Shown here piece after piece: positions 14,956-27,853 of a stretch of DNA of 64,000 nucleotides. The notes beneath the pieces are model-generated. The model did no database searches, was not told the origin of the DNA, and saw only the letters and a program-made list of their open reading frames with translations. The position numbers and the translations under genes were made by a program. The DNA lies in assembly GCF_038025025.1 (NCBI RefSeq), contig NW_027117341.1, positions 2,108,001 through 2,172,000 on the forward strand. Reading direction: 5' to 3'. How positions within the stretch are numbered: position 1 is the stretch's first letter; every line of letters begins with the position of its first letter. The stretch is from Phyllosticta citribraziliensis (taxonomy: Eukaryota).

Positions 14956-15735
14956 TTAGAAGAGGCGGAAGTCCCTGACGTGCCTCTTGAGCTTGGCGGC
15001 AGCACCGCTCCACAGCTCGGGGCCGGGGATGGTGTAGCTGGAGAAGGTCGTGTACAGGTTGAACATGATGCTGGGGCCAGTCTCGCTGTAGAACTTGGTG
15101 GCGGGCTCGCCGCCGGAGATGGCAGTCGAGCCGGAGCCGGTGACCTTGACGTTGATGCACTGGGGGTAGAACTGGGCGCCGTCCTGCTGGCTGGCGCTGT
15201 GCAGCGCGATGATTTCGTGGCGCAGCACGTAGTTGCCCGGCTTGAGGTCGGCCGGGATCTTGGTCTTGTGGATCAGGTTGTTGGAGAGCAGGTCGTCCGT
15301 GGCCCACGTGCCCGGGTTGGAGCCCGACACCAGGCCCTTGGCCTGCGTCTTGACGAAGTTGAGCGCCGTCTTGTCGACCGTCGTGCAGTCGCCCTCGCAC
15401 GATGCCATGTAGTCGATCATGGGCCCGTGGTGCGAGTCCGGCCAGGTGTTCCACTTGAGCGAGATCTCGTCGCCGGCCGCTGCCGTGACGTACTCCTCCG
15501 CGTTCTTGGCCGACTTGTGGCAGATGATGTCCGGCTGGGCGACGGCCGTGGGCGAGACGTAGCCGTTGTCCGTGTTCTCGGCCGACCAGCCGACGGCCTT
15601 GGGCGCGGGCGTCTGGTAAGAGAAGGACGGGTTGTAGCCGGTGTAGGTCGAGCTGCCGGCAATGACGGACTCGACGTAGCCGTGGGCAGAGACGGAGGCG
15701 GCAAAGGCGCCGAGGGTCATGAGAGTGTACTTCAT
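14956..15735 (-). CDS. AA9 lytic polysaccharide monooxygenase (formerly GH61), secreted
   Basis: Signal peptide ending VSA, mature N-terminal His (HGYV), HHGP second His, YVLRHEIIALH and AQFYPQC. No CBM; intronless. Confidence 0.96.
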   Translation of the reverse strand: MKYTLMTLGAFAASVSAHGYVESVIAGSSTYTGYNPSFSYQTPAPKAVGWSAENTDNGYVSPTAVAQPDIICHKSAKNAEEYVTAAAGDEISLKWNTWPDSHHGPMIDYMASCEGDCTTVDKTALNFVKTQAKGLVSGSNPGTWATDDLLSNNLIHKTKIPADLKPGNYVLRHEIIALHSASQQDGAQFYPQCINVKVTGSGSTAISGGEPATKFYSETGPSIMFNLYTTFSSYTIPGPELWSGAAAKLKRHVRDFRLF

Positions 15736-17669
15736 TTTGTCGTTGTTGTCTTGTAGCGTCTAGCGCTTACGAATGAATGTGAGGGGTTGAAGTGAGTGGA
15801 TGGTGTTGAAGTGAGGGAATCGAGTTGGACCAGCCGTGCCGTTCAAAGTAATGATGAGAGAGCCATCTTTATACCATCTCTACAGGAGAGAGCTCGCTAC
15901 TGCTCTCCCAGGCGAGGCCGTGCGCCTTGTAACTCCTGTGGTGGAGGATTTTCCGCTGTTGGACATGTCCGCCGTGCCGAAGTAGATTGCTGCAAAACAG
16001 AAGCCATGCCCCAGTGTTGTCACAACAGACGCCACTCAGGTACATTTTGAAAACTCGGGGCGCGAAGTGACGTTGTTTCTTTGGTGCTCCAAGCGGCCTA
16101 TGCTCCTGGTGGTTTTGCCGTCCAATCAACCCCGACACCTGATGCTCGGCTATCGCTCTTGGGGCGCCGTGTTACCTGTCGAAACGCTGGGCGACGTTGG
16201 TAGACGCCCATAATCATTGCTTGCAGGTAGAGGCACAGCTTGTAGTCGACATTTGCTTTGCAATCTTTGCAGAACTATTGGCGGCTCGCTAGAAAATCGA
16301 TGACGATCGCCAAAGTTCAAACAAAGGACGAGAGGAGGTTGGTCAGTGCGGTTTGGAAGACCAAAGAGGACTCTGAGCGCAGCCCTTTGCGAATCTGACC
16401 GTTGCTTCTGGCAAGGAGTCCTTGGCAGTAGTCAGACGGATTCCAAATCCATCCACACCGCAAACTCGCATGCACGCGACTGCCGGTCTGAAACATTTGA
16501 AAGGGCCAGAATTGTCGCCTCGTGGACCAACCAGATGCAAGATGGCGTGCATTGCCGAACAGTTTGTGCAAACTCCCAAGCATGCATCAGTCCTGCACTC
16601 TGATAGAGAGTTCCTCTCCCACTACAGAACAAAGGTCCTGGATAGCTGTGTACATGTCTCCTTTGGGATGATGGCAGTCTCATGTCAGTGTCGTCTGTCG
16701 CATCTACCGAGCCCTTGGTCTGTGCAGTGTCTGCATACGAGCGATCGTCGTGGGCGTCTCTTGTCCAGCCGCTTCCATCAAACGTGGTGTGGGGGAGCCG
16801 TAGGAAGAGTTTGTGGGACAGGGGCGCAGGTCTTGTAAAGGGAATGAGTGGAGTTGCAATTAATCGGCTGCAAACGACGTCTCCGGTCGAGCCAGCGCTC
16901 GGCCCGTCGGCCCATCCGAGCAAGGTTGCTGCAGCCTTGTCCTCCCCCATCGACGTCAACACCACCTCTCAGCCCCAAATGGTATGCCATGTTGGTGATG
17001 GCCTTCGCCACCGTGGCTTGCAAAATTTGCACGCCCAAGTCCTCTTCATCTCCAACGCCTTTGCAGATGCGTCCACGTCGGTCTAGATTTTGGCTTCTTT
17101 TCCTTCATATTGGCTTCCTTCCAGAGCTTCTCGGCCCGTTGTACAGCGAGATGTGGAGGGTCATATCAGGCGGTTCCACGTCAATATCGAGCATTGGATA
17201 CTGTTTGTTTTCCTGGCGCCTCAATAACGGCGGCGGAGAAATTCCGAGTTGCAATCTCGGTAGCAGAAGAGGCAGCATTGCCAATGTTCGAGGCGTCTCC
17301 GGCTCGGCGCTGAGAGGGCTTTCTTGGTTAGAACACTACAGCTCCACTGACTGTCCGTAGGCGATGGTCCAGTACCTAAATGAGCGTTCACCAAAATTAG
17401 CATGGCGACTTGGCCAAGAGCCATGGATTAGAATTGACGTGACTTTGATTGGTCGTTGAGAGACGCCTGCGTTGGAGTTTATACAACATCTGACCGAGGA
17501 ACCCTATTGTCGACAGACTGAGAAATGATACTCCGCGGACGCCAGCTTTTCGACAACTCCAAGGCGAAGGATCACCCACCGAATTCCCTGGATCGACACG
17601 AGATTTGCGCACATGAACATCCAAGCTTCTTCTCTCTTATGCGCCCCTACTCTCTTATGCGCCCCTACT

Positions 17670-18478
17670 CTACGTCTTCTTTTTCCCGTTCACGCTCCTT
17701 TTCCTTCTCTTGTCTTCCCACCTGGCCCATCCTGCATCCAGGAGGTCCTCTTCAATAACCAAGTCGCGCAGCCTAAAGACTCTTGCCAAGGGGTGGTCCA
17801 AGCCCCAATGCACCCAACCTGACCTTCTCAGCAAGGTGGTGAAACCAAACCACACAACGGCAAAAGCGGCACCCGCAGCGCAGCCGACCAGGACTTGCTT
17901 GTTTGTGTGGTACGTGAGGTATATCCGGGAAAACGCCACGGCGGCCGCAGAGGCGAGCGCAAGCACGGAAAGCCCAAGGCGCTGTGCGTAGGTGGTCGGC
18001 GTGTGTGTCTGCGTCGGATGCGGAGCGTGCCGGAAGAGAAGGAACAGCGTCAGGTAGAGGGAGAAGAAAGAGACGAATTGGGCGTGGGAAGAGGGCATGC
18101 CGTAGCCTTTGCCGTACATTTCTGGGGGAAGAATGTCAGCATTTCTAGTCCACGTGTGAGACTGCATCGCCATTCTCGGCCGTCGACTTACGCCTCGGTC
18201 GCTCTTCTTTGATCCACCTCTTCAGCGCCCAATTCAAGGCCTCACAGGCCATCTGGCCTGCAAACATCAGGCAGATTTCCACCTCACGGCTCGACCACAT
18301 CAACGTCGCATACACTACGCAGAGTCCTTGTGGAACCAGCGCCAGCCACGCGCAGAGGTACGAGAAGCGGTCATGAGGGTTCTGTTCACGTCAGCATCAA
18401 TTGCTCGGCAGGTGCCAGGATGCGACTCACGTAGTGGACGTGGGTCAGGGAGAGCGATGCCAGAGAAGGAGGATCCAT
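17670..18478 (-). CDS. CAX4: Dolichyl pyrophosphate phosphatase (PAP2 family)
   Basis: Three exons. Starts MDPPSLASLSLTHVHY; carries PAP2 motifs KRWIKEERP, GYGMPSSHAQ and SRIYLTYHT. Confidence 0.9.
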
Positions 18479-21400
18479 TGTGACGAAGGACGAGTCGACT
18501 TTCGCACAGCTTGGCTGCACGAGAGCGCGTGGTTGGAGATGAAGGTTGTCTTGGTGTTGGCAAGGCGGCGCAGCCGGAGATTAGATTTCCGCAATCTTAT
18601 CTCTGATCACCACCCGTGATCTTCCACTGCACTCAGGACATCTCTTCTCCATCTCTTCTGTTTGTTGGCCACCCGTTGACGCGGTGTAAAATGACAGAAT
18701 CCGAAATCCTCATGCCGAGACACTCCGGTCGACCAAGCCGCCACCGAGATGGTATGATGCTCACCGTCCGCTTTTTACGCCCTCGCGATTCGGACGCGTG
18801 GAAATCCTGACCACCTCCCCGGCAGTCATTCAACGGGGAATGTGGTATCCTGGAGACATCGAGCGATGCCTGAGCGTCTCTGCACTCCCTTTTTGGCTCT
18901 GGGCAAGCCCATCCCGTGCAGAAACCGCGCGGACCTCGACAGCCACAATGAAGACCGCATGTTACACAGGAAGCCATACCCTCACGATCCGAAGGATTTC
19001 GCTGGACCAAAGGCCAAAGACCTTGTCGAAAGCGCCTCCGATGAAGTGTGACATCTCTGTTTGCCACCTTGCCATCGGTGAAGCACACATCAAGTCTGCC
19101 GCGGACATGAGACCCTGCACTACCGTGGGAGCGCTCCCTCTGATCTGGTTCAAGTTCCCCGCTTTTTGGGTGGTAAGAACAGACTGGACCGCTGGTTTAC
19201 TACCAAGCGTTCGGAACGCTAGTCGCCTTCTACCGCTCCGCATCTCGAAGATGGAGTTAGGATTGTCTTTTACAGCCGCCCTCACTTCTTGCGAAGATGC
19301 TTCCTTCCGCCGTTTCCACACCCTGGAGTATTGTGAGCCTGCGGATCAGGTTCAAGGCGGGTTTTCAAAGCCAAGGCTATCTCCGGTGAGCATTTACAAG
19401 GAAATTGACGATCAGGTGTATCACTTTTTCTTTGGTCAGATGCGTGCCCGTTTCCCAGTGGCACAGGGTCTTCAAGAAGCTACAGCTTTCTACGTTGCGG
19501 CCTACATTATTTCAAGGCCGAACATGCTGAATTCTTCCAGATGTAGATAGTCAACCGGCCGAGGCATTTCTGCTCGAGCAAAGTGCAGGCCGAGAGTCAC
19601 CAAGGATCGTTTGGCACTCAGGGACCACATCGAATTTGTTCTGTGGATAGGATCTGAGTTGGCGTCAATCATCTTTCGGCCAGGCTATCTCGACAGTCTG
19701 TCGAACGGGGTCTCATTCGGCAACAGCCAAACTTTGTCCAGCTGCTCCGGGCCGCTGTTAATAGTTTCGTACGAAGTCCGCCCAGAAACTACAGTCATCA
19801 GCCATCAGCCTACAACCTTTTTGAGCTTCACGTGTCTCCAATCCCACCGGACCAAGAAACGACGTGTTGATTGAGGCTCCTCCAACGTCGTCGAAAAAAT
19901 GCCTGGCTCATGATGGGCAGGATCATACCCCGCCCGGGCACACCAGCGGGATCGTTGAAGGGTCGTTAAACTGTATCCCTGGTTGATGCTGTTTTCTTGA
20001 ACCGATCCTGATGCGAGTTTATGGTAGTAACCAAGATGTCACAATTGAGATCGCCGCTCGAGCTGAGACGTCAGACTCAATGGGCACACCAAACCGAGTC
20101 AGTTGCGGACAAGCAACACCTCGCTTTCGCTTTCCCCCAAATCTACGGAGTCGCCGCTGTCAAAAGGCGTCAACATCTTGGTGTCAGGTCCGTGGACAGC
20201 GGATCCGCATGCGCCACATGTACCAGTATTGAGCCCCTGGAAAATGTGCGCACTTCTTGTCCCGTCAAAGCGAACGACCATGGTCAATCCGGCCACATGC
20301 CAAGAAACTTTCTGTCGTTGCACATGCATTGAACAATCTCCAACCGTGGATTTTACTTTGGCTCCGATGGCGAAAAGATGACTTCTGAAGAGAGTCGAAG
20401 GCGACAGGTCTTTCATTTCTTTGCTGTCAATATGGGGATTCACAGGCTCCGTTCTCTTCGTTTGCAGTTTTCGTCGCCACTCCTGCTTGACGAGACGGCA
20501 TTGCACACAGCTGGCTGTGCAACAACCAGGACTGGAAGACTTGCTCATCAGATCACGTACTCACTGTACTGTCCTACCTCCATGTATGATGAGCCCGGGC
20601 CCGAGTTTCTTTTCCGGTAGCTCCACAGCCCTGATTCTGCGCTGTCCAAGCAGGAAGAACAGCAACACGAACGTCACCAAAGCCGCGGAGATTGTGGAAG
20701 TGCGAGGCTTGAGCTGGAGGCGCTCCGGGTCCTAATTCGGCTGATTTCCCACGTGTTTCTTCCATCCCGCAAGCCAGTTTTGAATGAGGAGGCAGATTGG
20801 AGACGGGCGTTGACCTCAGTTTTCGAGGTGCCTGGAAAGGCCTCCAGGGCCTAGTTGATACCGACAAAGCTTGGTCACGACCGTGCCGGACGCTTTCCCG
20901 GATGCGGCTGCGTTGATGTTTGGCACCCATGCCACGCTGTCTTTCTAGCCTCCAAATAGCCCAGTGCGCTAGAACATGGCACTCGTTTCAACGCCAAGCT
21001 CTTTTGGTCTGCGCAACATTTCACCCAAACGCTTGTTCCCCATGGCACGTTTGCGCGACGAAGTCGCCATGACGACCCGTTGTTCTGCGGGGTCCTCCGC
21101 CTGTTTGTCCATATTGTCAGAGATCGCGCCGTCAACCTGTGAAACATGGGGAATGCCATGAGAATGGACGTTCTCCTAGACCAAATGGCCGATGCAACTT
21201 TGAACAAGCCGAAGGAATTCACTTCTTGTCATCAGGGTCAGCGATGCGGCGCGGTGTTCTCGCAAAGCCTAGGCCATCCGTGGAATTTTGGGCTTCCCGC
21301 GCTGACTTGCCTCGCGCAAGCCTCCCAAATCGCGGCCGCCGGAGATGGGAAAGGTCGCAAGCCACCCTGGTCATGACAACTATAGCCAGAAGGGCCGATT

Positions 21401-21906
21401 TACCCTGCAGTACCCTGACCGCGGCGGGTGTGTTGTTCATCTCCTTCATCCCTACGAAGTGCAACACCACAGCTTTTCTTGTTCAGTTACGCCTACGGCA
21501 TTCAATTGGCCACGAGACCTCCAGCCTTTTCAACTCTCATTTGGGAAAGACTTGGTGCGTTGCACGGAATAGCCATCTGGCCTGCTTATCATTTCAACCC
21601 ATCAGCTCTCCAGCTGCTTGAGCTGTTTTGCACAGCCGAAGTGACATTTCAAGCCTCATTCATCAAGAAAACGCACTATCGCCAGCTAGTCCTCCGCCTA
21701 CGAATCTCCAAGCGCTGTACCTCCAAACGGTTGATGAGGCTAAGTGGCTGATAGCTTTCTTGTGGCTGGCCGCCTCCTCGTGGCCCTCAGAATCCCGTCT
21801 GTTGTTTAAATCGTCCGGATTTCTTGCCAATCTCTTTGCAAATCTTGAAGCCTGGAAAGTCTTCCCTTTTTATCGGCAGTCAGACACGACAAGAGGTTCC
21901 ATCAAA

Positions 21907-23605
21907 ATGTCTATCCTCTTCTACCGACGACCAAGCTATGTGCAGCGGCCCAATGGTCCGATCACCAACACCGAGTGTCAGCGATACGTCGACCGCACGA
22001 CTGGGGGGACGCGTGGCATTCCTGAGGAATTGTCCTTTGAGAATGTCATGGGTAACAAAGCTCTGCCGGTGAGTTTGTCACGCCCTCTCAGGGGCCAAGT
22101 CTCTTACATTCAACAGCCCTGTACGTTACGCGACTTTATGGACTATCTTGTCTACGTGACACACGACGCCGAAAACCTTCAGTTCCATCTGTGGCTTCAG
22201 GACTACAAGCAGCGCTTCAATGCACTCAAGCCGGAGCGTAAGTCATTGGCTCCGGAGTGGAAATGGGAGGAGATTACGCCAGAAGAAAAGGCTGCGCAAG
22301 TCGCCTCAGGCCAGCAACGAACAATAGGGACCCTGCGTCGGAAGAGGACGAACCCCATGATGCCTAAAATCGATTTCGATAAATCGTCGCAAGCTGCTGC
22401 AATTGGCCTCACAGAAGTGGTCGTCGGCAAGGCCGAGTCGGGAATGTCGCCGAGACCTCACGATGCCTTTTCGCCATCAAATATGAAGGCGACTCTCGAT
22501 GATGCTTACAGCCGGTCTCGCAGCCCAGAGCCAACAATATCAAGCGCAAACATTTCCTCTGCGCACAGCCAGCCCGTCTTGACCGAGGAGAGTACAAGGG
22601 AATTGCGAGATGAAGCAAATGCGCAAGCTGGTTTGAAGTGGCAAGCGTGTAAGTTTGCTGATTGACTTCTCCGTCAACCACTAACACTTCTCAGTTTCTG
22701 TCCAGCCCCTGCGTCAAGAAATCGACCGCGTCATTGCGCACTACATTGCCCCAGGCTCGCCCCGCGAACTGAACCTCTCCGGCAGGGACCGCGCCGATGT
22801 CCTGCACGCGCTGCAGCACACGACCCATCCATCGGCCTTTGACAGAGTAGCAAAAATGGTCGAGGCCATCCTGCGCGGCCACGCCCACCCCAACTTTGTG
22901 CGCTGGTCCATCTGCAACGGCAACAAGCCGCGCGTCTTCTTTGTGCGCACCATGGGCGTCAGCCACATCGCCTTCGGCCTGATCATCGGGCTGCTGCTGG
23001 CCCTCTCCCGCGCCTCGCGCTGGTGGCGCATCTTCATGTGGCCGGTCCTCTTCATCGGTCTGACGACCATGATCGCCGCGTACAAAGGCCTCTGTGTAAT
23101 TCTGCACCGCGGGCACAAGCGCACGCTCAAGCCGTGGGAGGACCTCGACAGCGTCAACACGGGCATCGTCGGCGCAAACAAGGCGGCCACCGTCAGCAGC
23201 GCGGCTTCGGTCGCTGAAATCCACGTCTCGGTTGATCACAAGAAGAGCACCCTCGACGATGAGGAGGCGACCATTGGCAGTGCCAGCGCAAACTCGGGTC
23301 CCACCAATGTCCCGACCAGCCCTACGTCGCCGACTGGATTCAGGCCGAATGGTGGGCGCCCTTCGTATCCGCCGTCTTTTGAAGCGTTTGGTAGCCGCAA
23401 TAGCTTTGGCGAGGAGGCATGGGTTGGCGCGTACAAGCGCAAGCCGTTTGTGCGCAAGATCTTCGATCATGAGACGTGGGTGCAGGAGGAGAGTGTGCGC
23501 GTGGTGCAAGACAAGATTGTGCGGCAGAGCCAGGCGTGGAGTTTGCTGTTGACGACGGTGGCCACGGTTGTCTTTGTTGCGGTGCCGGGTGGCGGGTTCT
23601 TCTAA
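21907..23605 (+). CDS. RGS-domain membrane protein (Rax1-like)
   Basis: Split RGS motifs FMDYLVYVTHDAENLQF and YIAPGSPRELNLS, then HPNFVRWSICNGN and three hydrophobic segments. Introns 22069-22116 and 22649-22694. Confidence 0.82.
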
Positions 23606-24087
23606 GGTTGTGTTGGCCGCGGGGTGAAAAAAGCACTGCGTCTTTGCTGCGCTTCTTCGATACCTGGTTGCTGTTTGACCTCTTCTCTCCACACTCTTTT
23701 TGGAGCCACTTTTGGCGGTGGGGGATTTGTCTGTCTGTCCCACACAGAGCTACCGTTTCACTCCGTGGTTCTGTCCACTTGGAGCCGGAAAATTCGCTCT
23801 TTTCAATACCAGCTTGATTGTGCGTGATGGAGAAAACTCGGGTTGATCCAAATTTTGTAATTTGTGTGCCTCTCCAGCAATTTTCAGGGGTACTCGATCC
23901 AACTTCCATGAGCGGTATCTATTTGACGACAACTGCCCAAAACGGCCGTCCAGTCCAGTCCCGTTCACAATCAAATATCTGCTTCATCCCTATCCTGGAT
24001 AGACCTAGCGTCGTTATGCAACGAAGCAGCAGTGAACTACACCTGGCAGCTATTTCTGCGCTGAGCTGCTGACGCTACAAATGAGAA

Positions 24088-24436
24088 TAACTAGCAGTGA
24101 TTCTCTAGTAGTGATTCTCTCTACTTAGACGTTCGAGGTTGCAGGTCTCGTGGCTGAAAAGGGTAATTCGAGCAAGTTCGAACGTCTAGAGGAGAGAATC
24201 ACTACTAGAGAATCACTGCTAGTTAACTAGTGATTCTCTCTACACAGACGTTTAAAGTTGCAAGTCCGCATGGCCTAATTAGGTAACCCACGCAACTTCA
24301 AATGTCTGCATGAGTCTCACTACAATAACCGCCATGAGTAGTGACTATAGACCTAGGTAGGTCGGGTACCCGGACATGTTCGAAGCTACGGGTCCACATG
24401 GCTTAATCGGGCAACCAAAATAAATTAGAACGTCTG
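24088..24436. repeat. Three copies of the same palindromic repeat family; the first is extended into a 138-bp hairpin
   Basis: Perfect 33-bp inverted repeat 24088-24120 / 24193-24225 plus an inner 11-bp inverted repeat 24126-24136 / 24178-24188. Further units at 24245-24308 and ~24372-24436 share the core with the 2.9-3.9 kb array. Confidence 0.85.
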
Positions 24437-24517
24437 TATGAGTCTCACCATTAAATCCTACGAATGGTATCTTTGAACCAGTGGTCTATATTGAACCTAG
24501 CCTTCATGGCTGTCTGC

Positions 24518-27500
24518 TTAAATACTAGCTGGTTTGGATCGAGCCGGGCAACTTCGCAACTCATCTCGATCAGCCCTTTTCAGCACGTCCACGATTTTCC
24601 GCTCTTCTTCTTCATCCTTGTCTAACCTTATCAAACGTTCTTCCTCAGAAGCAAAAACTAAGGAAGAGCTAAAGCCTATATAAAATTCCATCGACATCCT
24701 AAAATGACGGATCGCCTCTTCGGAGCAAAAGGAGAACGCCTTTACAATGGCAAGGTCGTCTCCCCACTGCTTGTCAGACTCTGCTAGGTGGACTCTAAAG
24801 CGGCGCCAAAAGGACCAGTAGATAGGACTTGGAAAATCATCGACGGTCTGTCCCATGGTATATGTCTCATCAAGAAAGAGATAATGGAGAGACGACCGCG
24901 CAATGCAGTAATGTGCCCGTCCAATTGGATTGGATTGCAATTTTGGTCCCTCTAGCAACGATAAGCCTTTCTCGATCAGGTAGTCCTTGACGGTCTGGTG
25001 TATGAGATGTGCTTTAGTCCGCCATTCTCGCCGGATTATCCCATGTCGTCTCACCATACCGTCTTGGATATGCGATGACTTCCGTGCTTCGTTGGTTCGT
25101 ATAGAGACTGAGCCGTTAGGGTCCTCGTTTGTGAAATCGACCAGTCCCTTGGATAGATCCCTGATTGCGGCCATGAGCTTTTCCGGGCTTTCCCTTACAT
25201 TGCCGCTCTTTTGACAGTCGGATACTGACTTTTCTGCCATGCCTGGCGAGAGAACCAAGACCCACTGCAGCTCGAATAACTCAAGGGGCCACGTTGACGA
25301 GGAGATCCATTGAAATAGCTTCAGCGTCTGTTCGCGGTCTCCGGGGTCCTCCAGGAGCAGACTTTCGTACAGCCTGTTGAGCGTCTCTGGAACTTTCAGG
25401 ATTTCCGCTCGAATTTGTTTTTTGGTCTTTCCTTTGTAGACCATGCGGCGGACTTTCTTGCAAACCAGGTCCGCCCACTGAAAAAGTCCTTGTGCTTTGC
25501 TTATGATTTGATTCGCTATTTCTTCGTAATCTTGGAATTGCAAGGATGACAATTCGTTCTTGACGAAAGTCTCGATGTCCAAGTAGTTGTGTCTTTCGAC
25601 TGGAATTCTTAGTGCTCCAGACCCAGTGAGAGTGACCGGATAATGTCGAGATGACACGCAAATTTTGAGCGTTTGAGGAGTATTCGAGTGTCTCCACGCA
25701 TCAATCAAGTCGATGACGGCTTCTCGGTCTTCTTCGGCGCATTCATCGAGAGCGTCGATAAAAATAGCGATTGGTCGTCTTCTAGATGCTCTGGGTATGA
25801 TTTCTTTTAAGAACCTTTTCAGCTCTTCAGGTCTCCAAGACCACCACTGGTTGGTTTGTCTTCGGCTTGACTCCATTTCTTCGCACCGTAGTATCAGGTC
25901 CCAGAACGTGATTGGAAAATGTTTGATCGTCTGACAAAGTAGCCAGCGGTACAGACCCAGGGGAGTCTTTTGAAGAAGATCTGTAGCTGTTCCGAGAAAG
26001 AAGTATGAAGCCACGACATGGTGTTTAAGTTTGTCCCTGTAACTTTGCAAAGCGTGGTTGAGGACAGTCGACTTTCCAACTCCTGGATGACCCTCTATCC
26101 AGAGAAGCGATTGAGGGCCATTTAGCCACTCAAAGTAAGTATCATTTTCGAGTATCCATTCGCAGGTGTTGTTCTCCGCCTCGGTTATTTGCTGTCTGCC
26201 GGAATCTTGCCCTGAGAATCTAAGAGAGGACAGGCATGATTGGAGAAGCTCTTCTTGTTCGAAAGAGATCCATCCGTCAAGATATTCTGACAAAGTAAGT
26301 CAATGAGGATTCAATTGCAGCCATATTGATTCATACTAACTAGAGTCATGGCCTTTCGAAATTGATTCCAGGCCAGGTATGACGTTATATCTGTAGACAC
26401 CGTCTCTTTTTGATGCAAATTTGACCATGTCCGAGTGAGCTGTGTTCATCGGGATAACAAACCGATTCGTGTCAGCTTGCCATGGCCGTCCGTGAGTTGC
26501 TGAATCCCGGTCAACTAGAAGAGCTCGCTTCCCAATCATTCTCCATCGGCCGTGAGCCTGAGAATATTTAGTGAAATGTCTAGCTGCCTTGAAAGGGTAC
26601 ATACGTCTTTCAGAGCTGTCGGTGATTCAATGGTCTCGTAGAACGAATAGATCTTCAGGCGTGGCGAGACTTCTGCGCTGGATCCGGCGGTGTACTTTTC
26701 CCATTTTTGTCTGAATACCTGCAAGAGCTGCGACCCGTTTCCGATGGAATGTAGGAACTGCTCGTTGGGCTGTCCTTCTACCATGGGGATTGTTGACTTG
26801 ATGTCCATCCCGGAATTTGGGGTCCCGAAGAAGAAGATTCCTCCAATTGCCTTGAGGAGCATTCTTTCGTCTGGGCTTCCATCGGCGAGCTCGAACATCG
26901 CCTAATCCATATTAGCAAAGACATCCCTTCGCAAAATGCGATTCTTCACCTGTTTGATAAGAAGACCACCAAGACTTTGACCGATTAGTGCGATGGGTCG
27001 AAGACCATTCGATGCCTACGTCGACATGATTAATGTACCAAGCGATACCCGCATCGCATGCTCACCTTGTCTCTGTTCCTTGCACTGATCTCTGACACGA
27101 GCGCATCCCGAAACTTCCTGCCCAAATCCACCAGAGACTGATTCGAGTTGCTGCCCTCGAGTTGAGAATCGTAGCCAAAAATCATGACCCGAGCCGAGGG
27201 CATGGAATGCCTAAGACCGTCTCGAAGCCACATGTAGCCGCTCACCCGGGATTTGAATGCCCAGAAAGCATTTGCACCTAATCCAGGCAGAGCAATTACA
27301 CTGCGTAAGATTTCAACACAAGGGCTCTGCAAACTTTGTGGAAGCCAACTTACTCGAGGCTATACTCAGAATCTGGTGGAGAATACAGTGGAGTAAGACT
27401 ATCGAAGTGGGTGTCGAGGGTAAGATCCAACCCAGAGGGCAAATGGTGAAAGTCAATTTGAGCTTGATCCTTCATTCTTTGCTCCAATTCCAGCGGAAGG

Positions 27501-27853
27501 CGAGAGAAAGTGAGTGTTGCAGTTTGTTCTTGGTCAGCGAAAAGCTTCGCAAGTGAGTGCACGGTAACATTAGTGTCGCTTTCGACATTGAAAACTTCTC
27601 GGACGATCTTTTTCGCGTCTTCCCTGTCGACGTGGCAGTCGTGGTAGGTAATCGGGAGACCCTGGAGGCGGAACACTGTTTCCGGCCCTAACTTACGCTG
27701 CTTATGAGCATCAGTCGTACTGGAGGATTGAATTCGTAGAGCCGAGCTTTTGATGGCCTGGATAAGCTGGTAGCAGACTCTGAGCAACCAGCGGCCAGCA
27801 CGAGTCGTCAGGCTAGTCGCACGAAAGTTGCTCTGAGCAGAGGTGGGCTCCAT
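24518..27853 (-). CDS. Fungal NLR-like protein: SesB-like alpha/beta hydrolase + NACHT NTPase, no C-terminal repeats
   Basis: Six exons (27853-27354, 27300-27066, 27015-26950, 26901-26605, 26557-26341, 26286-24518) splice in frame. Hydrolase motifs MWLRD, GQSLGG, FFGTP and HSDMVKF; Walker A GHPGVGKST; Walker B IFIDALDEC; VSSRHYP. Start codon uncertain. Confidence 0.88.

Noticed and set aside
14800..15756. Long antisense ORFs over AA9 (also over actin, DHR1, the MFS gene and 47196-48578)
   Set aside because: Shadow ORFs produced by high GC3 in the real genes on the opposite strand.
18633..21621. ORFs including the 250-aa 18798-19550 frame
   Set aside because: No codon bias, motifs or coherent splice structure; possibly a decayed gene but unidentifiable.
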